From Podarcis erhardii (Eukaryota), in NCBI GenBank assembly GCA_964252035.1, contig OZ176205.1: 64,000 nt of DNA, one strand, 5' to 3'. A program made the translations under genes and the position numbers. This document shows positions 62,101-64,000 of this stretch, piece after piece (position 1 is the stretch's first letter; each line of letters starts with the position of its first letter). The notes beneath the pieces were generated by a model. The model saw nothing but the letters and a program-made list of their open reading frames with translations, was not told the DNA's origin and did no database searches.

Positions 62101-62234
62101 TACACAGCTTACCCTCTAACAATATACAGACCAAAGAATACATACCTGTAAGAGGAAAGCTGCAGCTGCTCGTCTTCAGATATAGCTTTTCCAAGCCACG
62201 AGTAGATACGCTTTTTCTGGTTTCTCGTGTTCAT
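40929..62234 (-). CDS. ORC1: ORC1 (origin recognition complex subunit 1), full spliced CDS: 17 coding exons, 888 aa
   Basis: Exon chain listed below; total 2667 nt, phases compatible. BAH domain; Walker A GVPGTGKT; Walker B LVVDELD; ANTMDLPER; [14 protein letters not shown]; C-terminus [18 protein letters not shown]. Confidence 0.98.
41240..41454. mobile_element. pogo/Tigger-type MITE, family A, inverted relative to 22302 and 56884
   Basis: TA|CAGTGGTACCTCGGG ... GAGGAACCACTG|TA. Confidence 0.9.
42595..42682 (-). CDS. ORC1: ORC1 coding exon 16 ([29 protein letters not shown])
   Basis: 88 nt, phase 2 to 0. Confidence 0.97.
43334..43500 (-). CDS. ORC1: ORC1 coding exon 15 ([24 protein letters not shown]...[12 protein letters not shown])
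   Basis: 167 nt, phase 0 to 2. Confidence 0.97.
44258..45694. mobile_element. Composite Tigger-type element carrying a nested L1 insertion
   Basis: TA|CAGTGGTACCTC ... GAGGTACCACTG|TA termini about 1.44 kb apart. Confidence 0.75.
45135..45629 (+). mobile_element. Short L1 insertion (ORF2 C-terminus, 3'UTR, AATAAA and A-tail)
   Basis: [54 protein letters not shown]; flanked by AAGAATGCTTC(A/G)G(G/T)TTA at 45118-45134 and 45630-45646. Confidence 0.85.
45739..45858 (-). CDS. ORC1: ORC1 coding exon 14 ([22 protein letters not shown]...QLVSRK)
   Basis: 120 nt, phase 0 to 0. Confidence 0.97.
46677..46826 (-). CDS. ORC1: ORC1 coding exon 13 ([20 protein letters not shown]...[19 protein letters not shown])
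   Basis: 150 nt, phase 0 to 0. Confidence 0.98.
47271..47378 (-). CDS. ORC1: ORC1 coding exon 12, Walker B ([20 protein letters not shown]...ILVVDE)
   Basis: 108 nt, phase 0 to 0. Confidence 0.97.
47622..47725. mobile_element. hAT-type fold-back MITE
   Basis: CAGTCTTCACCAACCTGGTGCCCTCTAGATGTTTTGGA ... TCCAAAACATCTAAGGGCACCAGGTTGACAAAGGCTG; degenerate 8-bp TSD. Confidence 0.8.
47889..48060 (-). CDS. ORC1: ORC1 coding exon 11, Walker A ([19 protein letters not shown]...QILN)
   Basis: 172 nt, phase 2 to 0. Confidence 0.98.
48664..48765 (-). CDS. ORC1: ORC1 coding exon 10 ([34 protein letters not shown])
   Basis: 102 nt, phase 2 to 2. Confidence 0.97.
49103..49209 (-). CDS. ORC1: ORC1 coding exon 9 ([36 protein letters not shown])
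   Basis: 107 nt, phase 0 to 2. Confidence 0.95.
49671..50052. mobile_element. Tc2/pogo-like non-autonomous DNA transposon
   Basis: TA|CCATATTTTTCGCCC ... GGGCGAAAAATATGG|TA; same family as 6678-7174. Confidence 0.85.
50477..50892 (+). mobile_element. tRNA-headed SINE with CR1-like tail, interrupted by a hAT MITE
   Basis: Box A TAGCTCAGTTGG at 50481-50492; box B GGTTCGATCTC at 50526-50536; tail GATGATCCTCAGGGTCCCTTCCAGCTCTAC. Confidence 0.85.
50587..50839 (-). mobile_element. hAT-Charlie (OposCharlie1-like) MITE
   Basis: TIRs CATGGGTAGGCAAACT / AGTTTGCTGACCCCTG; TSD AACTAGAT / AATTAGAT. Confidence 0.85.
51169..51364 (-). CDS. ORC1: ORC1 coding exon 8 ([31 protein letters not shown]...RTPKR...SNT)
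   Basis: 196 nt, phase 2 to 0; the in-frame acceptor is CCTTAAG at 51365-51366. Confidence 0.85.
52284..52382 (-). CDS. ORC1: ORC1 coding exon 7 ([32 protein letters not shown])
   Basis: 99 nt, phase 2 to 2; resembles human [24 protein letters not shown]. Confidence 0.9.
52621..52834. mobile_element. PIF/Harbinger-like MITE
   Basis: Short TIRs GGTTCACACAT ... ACGTGTGAACC; internal AAGCCAAAC...GGCTTAG. Confidence 0.5.
53089..53190 (-). CDS. ORC1: ORC1 coding exon 6, putative extra symmetric exon ([35 protein letters not shown])
   Basis: 102 nt, phase 2 to 2, open frame, acceptor TTTTTCTTTCCCGTTAG, donor AG|GTGGGT; no homology I can recognise. Confidence 0.7.
53625..53874. mobile_element. 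pogo/Tigger-type MITE, family B
   Basis: TA|CAGTCCTACCTTGG ... CCGAGGTACCACT; homologous to 59290-59452. Confidence 0.8.
54440..54737 (-). CDS. ORC1: ORC1 coding exon 5 (SPTKPGR...[13 protein letters not shown]...)
   Basis: 298 nt, phase 1 to 2; PP1-docking-type KVTF motif. Confidence 0.9.
55738..56132 (-). mobile_element. hAT-Charlie (OposCharlie1-like) MITE with an internal 71-bp triplication
   Basis: Perfect TSD ATCTACAC at 55730-55737 and 56133-56140; units anchored at 55830, 55901 and 55972. Confidence 0.9.
56391..56772 (-). CDS. ORC1: ORC1 coding exon 4 (VIPL...[15 protein letters not shown]...ESRHSASKS...KKKLQLN)
   Basis: 382 nt, phase 0 to 1. Confidence 0.93.
56884..57092. mobile_element. 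pogo/Tigger-type MITE, family A, left end partly deleted
   Basis: Ends in GTAACCCGAGGTACCACTG|TA. Confidence 0.85.
58402..58568 (-). CDS. ORC1: ORC1 coding exon 3, BAH ([16 protein letters not shown]...QEIFLN...IIGNVT)
   Basis: 167 nt, phase 1 to 0, donor GTATGT. Confidence 0.93.
58853..59149 (+). mobile_element. 5'-truncated non-LTR (L1-like) insertion with an 18-bp TSD
   Basis: AAAGACACCCTCACACAA at 58835-58852 and 59150-59167; AATAAA near the 3' end, followed by a G-run. Confidence 0.8.
59290..59452. mobile_element. pogo/Tigger-type MITE, family B
   Basis: CAGTCGTACCTC ... GAAGTATGACTG|TA. Confidence 0.8.
59525..59656. mobile_element. hAT-type fold-back MITE, 132 bp
   Basis: Long TIRs CAGGCATAGGCAAACTCGGCCCTCCAGATGTTTTG; perfect TSD TTCTAATG at 59517-59524 and 59657-59664. 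Confidence 0.92.
61283..61407 (-). CDS. ORC1: ORC1 coding exon 2, BAH (GISVKSK...[25 protein letters not shown])
   Basis: 125 nt, phase 2 to 1, donor GTAAGT. Confidence 0.94.
62146..62234 (-). CDS. ORC1: ORC1 coding exon 1 ([30 protein letters not shown])
   Basis: Acceptor CACAG before 62239, 5-nt UTR AAACC, ATG at 62234, donor GTATG; 89 coding nt, ends phase 2. Confidence 0.9.
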
Positions 62235-62476
62235 GGTTTCTGTGAAGAAACAGAAATATGAAGGTGCAAAGATGCAAAATAGGTAAGAAAGCCGATTCTC
62301 GAATTTTTAATCCGTTTCCACCCCACCCCAACTCGATTCTTAAAAGAATCCACACAGAGACCAATGCACGTGAGGATGGAGGGCGGGCGCCTCTGCAGCC
62401 CACCCGCAGCTCTCCCGCCGGCCGCTGAACTATGGCATTGACACTCCGATGTCGCACCTGGTTCGGACTACCGTAC

Positions 62477-62660
62477 CTCGCCGGCGAGGCCACAGCTGCT
62501 CCACAGACCCGGAGAGCGAGATTCTGCCGCGGGACCCAGTGGGGCGCGCGCGCGGTTCCTTCCCTACGTCAGGATGAAACTTCGCGCCAAAGCAGACTCG
62601 CCCCGCCCTCTGAGAAGGAGGAAATGAGCGGCTGGTTAGCGCCGCGGCCGCCATGTTTTT
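62477..62660 (-). other. ORC1: Probable first exon of ORC1
   Basis: CpG-rich; donor candidates CGAG|GTACGG (exon end 62477) or CCAG|GTGCGA (exon end 62458); TSS unknown. Confidence 0.45.
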
Positions 62661-62907
62661 TTCTGGCTAGGCGAAGCTCAGGAAGGGCGGCTCTTTTGCC
62701 CACTGCTAAGATGGCAGGCCGGAAACCACTGTAGGTGCGGGAGCCCGCCTCTAGAGGAAGTGAACCCCCCAAGCGGAAGTGAAAAAGGGGGGAACGCGTC
62801 TCTCGGTGCGCTGGTCCGGTACTTCCTTTGTCTCCCCTCCTCTGTTTCCCCCTCCTCTCTCGCCAGGCCTCTACGCGGACGGGTTCGTGCCGGGCCGGAC
62901 TTCGGCT

Positions 62908-63037
62908 ATGGCAAACCGGACAGTGAAGGACGCGCACAGCATCCACGGCACTAATCCTCAATACCTAGTGGAGAAAATCATCCGCACTCGCATCTATGAA
63001 TCCAAGTATTGGAAGGAGGAGTGCTTCGGCCTCACAG
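62908..63037 (+). CDS. PRPF38A: PRPF38A coding exon 1 (MANRTVKDAHSIHGTNPQYLVEKIIRTRIYESKYWKEECFGLT)
   Basis: Recognisable Prp38 N-terminus; 130 nt; donor AG|GTGAGG. Confidence 0.98.
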
Positions 63038-63667
63038 GTGAGGCCTAGGGCGTCTGGGGGTGGAGGAGGAGGGGTTCACTCCGTGTGGGGAAGTTGGGGA
63101 ATACCTGCCACTTTGGTGGGGCAGTTTGGAAACCACACACCGGGGGAGAGGTGGGTGAAACGAGGGCACAAAAGCCCTCCAGGGCCAGAAGATGCCTGAC
63201 TAACCAGTGTTATAAGTTAGTTTCCCTTATATCACCTGTCAGTGCTTTCCCCCCTAAAAATAAAAATGTTTAGGGGTACTCTCATTTTCCTACTCCTAAT
63301 GATATACTGACTGCACCTCAGTGAGGCCAAACTTAGATTCACAAAACGTTTAGGGGCATGCGTACCCACTGGGAAAAAAGCAGTCGCCTATTAATATTTT
63401 TAACCGGTGATCGAACCACTTGAGGTAATACCTGAAGTATCGAAAGCTTGGGCTGGCAGCAGTCATCTGAACGCTTATTAAGAATCCAAATCCTATGCAT
63501 GTTTAAAGTTCCATCACCATCATAGTATTTTCTGGTAGCAAATTCTCTAGTAACAGTAAACCAATCCTCCTAGTTGACTAAATATACAACTTCCAGCTTA
63601 AACATGAGCAATTGGTCTTGCTCTAACTTCTGAATCTGAGTGCCTTTTCATATGATTCCTTTCATAG

Positions 63668-63827
63668 CTGAACTGGTGGTGGATAAAGCCATGGAACTGA
63701 GATACACTGGTGGAGTTTATGGAGGAAATATAAAGCCTACACCATTCTTGTGCTTGACTTTGAAGATGCTGCAGATACAGCCTGAAAAGGATATCATTGT
63801 TGAATTTATAAAGAATGAAGATTTCAA
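63668..63827 (+). CDS. PRPF38A: PRPF38A coding exon 2 (AELVVDKAMELRYTGGVYGGNIKPTPFLCLTLKMLQIQPEKDIIVEFIKNEDFK); gene continues beyond the window
   Basis: 160 nt, phase 1 to 2, TTTCATAG acceptor, GTAAGA donor. Confidence 0.98.
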
Positions 63828-64000
63828 GTAAGAGAAAATAGCTAGAGAAGTAGTCTAGAGCTGTGGTTTCCAATTATTAGCAAAAGCCTTTCTTGGTGTT
63901 CAGATTCACGTTAGACGGCTCTCATCTTTACATCTACTCATTTTTTAAGTCATTACCCTTACTGTGCAAGTTTCTTTAGTCAGTACTCACAGAAGGATTC

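Larger units (their letters stand above)
62380..63060. promoter_or_regulatory. CpG-island bidirectional promoter shared by ORC1 and PRPF38A
   Basis: E2F site TTCGCGCCAAA at 62581-62591; YY1-like GCCGCCATGTT at 62647-62657 and AAGATGGC at 62708-62715; GC box at 62685-62690; ETS/GABP-type GCGGAAGTG at 62773-62781. Confidence 0.85.

Noticed and set aside
63695-63725. PRPF38A RYTGG versus recalled human RFVGG
   Set aside because: Minor substitutions; I cannot judge significance without an alignment.
1-64000. CRISPR arrays, operons or prokaryotic defence systems
   Set aside because: Spliced vertebrate locus; no regularly spaced repeat-spacer array seen.

Overview
Vertebrate genomic DNA, intron-rich and TE-rich. 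The repeat content points to a squamate, probably a lacertid lizard (inference). The window matches the human 1p32 block ZFYVE9-CC2D1B-ORC1-PRPF38A. From the sequence I reconstructed a complete CC2D1B on the minus strand (23 coding exons, 2649 nt, 882 aa; four DM14 repeats and a C2 domain). I also reconstructed a complete ORC1 on the minus strand (17 coding exons, 2667 nt, 888 aa; BAH, disordered linker, AAA+, winged helix). The first two coding exons of PRPF38A lie on the plus strand, head-to-head with ORC1 across a CpG-island promoter, and the probable end of the ZFYVE9 3'UTR is at the left edge. All exon phases are mutually compatible and all introns are GT-AG. Introns carry pogo/Tigger, Tc2-like, hAT and Harbinger-like MITEs, tRNA-derived SINEs, CR1/L1/L2 fragments and a probable solo LTR. 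I found no CRISPR array, RNA gene or wholly new multi-gene system. The best leads are: apparent erosion of the H4K20me2-binding aromatic cage in the ORC1 BAH domain; an extra symmetric ORC1 exon; an upstream in-frame ATG in ORC1 exon 1; a 3'UTR intron in CC2D1B; and Tigger1-like and OposCharlie1-like elements suggestive of horizontal transfer. Comparisons with human, mouse and repeat consensus sequences are from memory and need confirmation by alignment.
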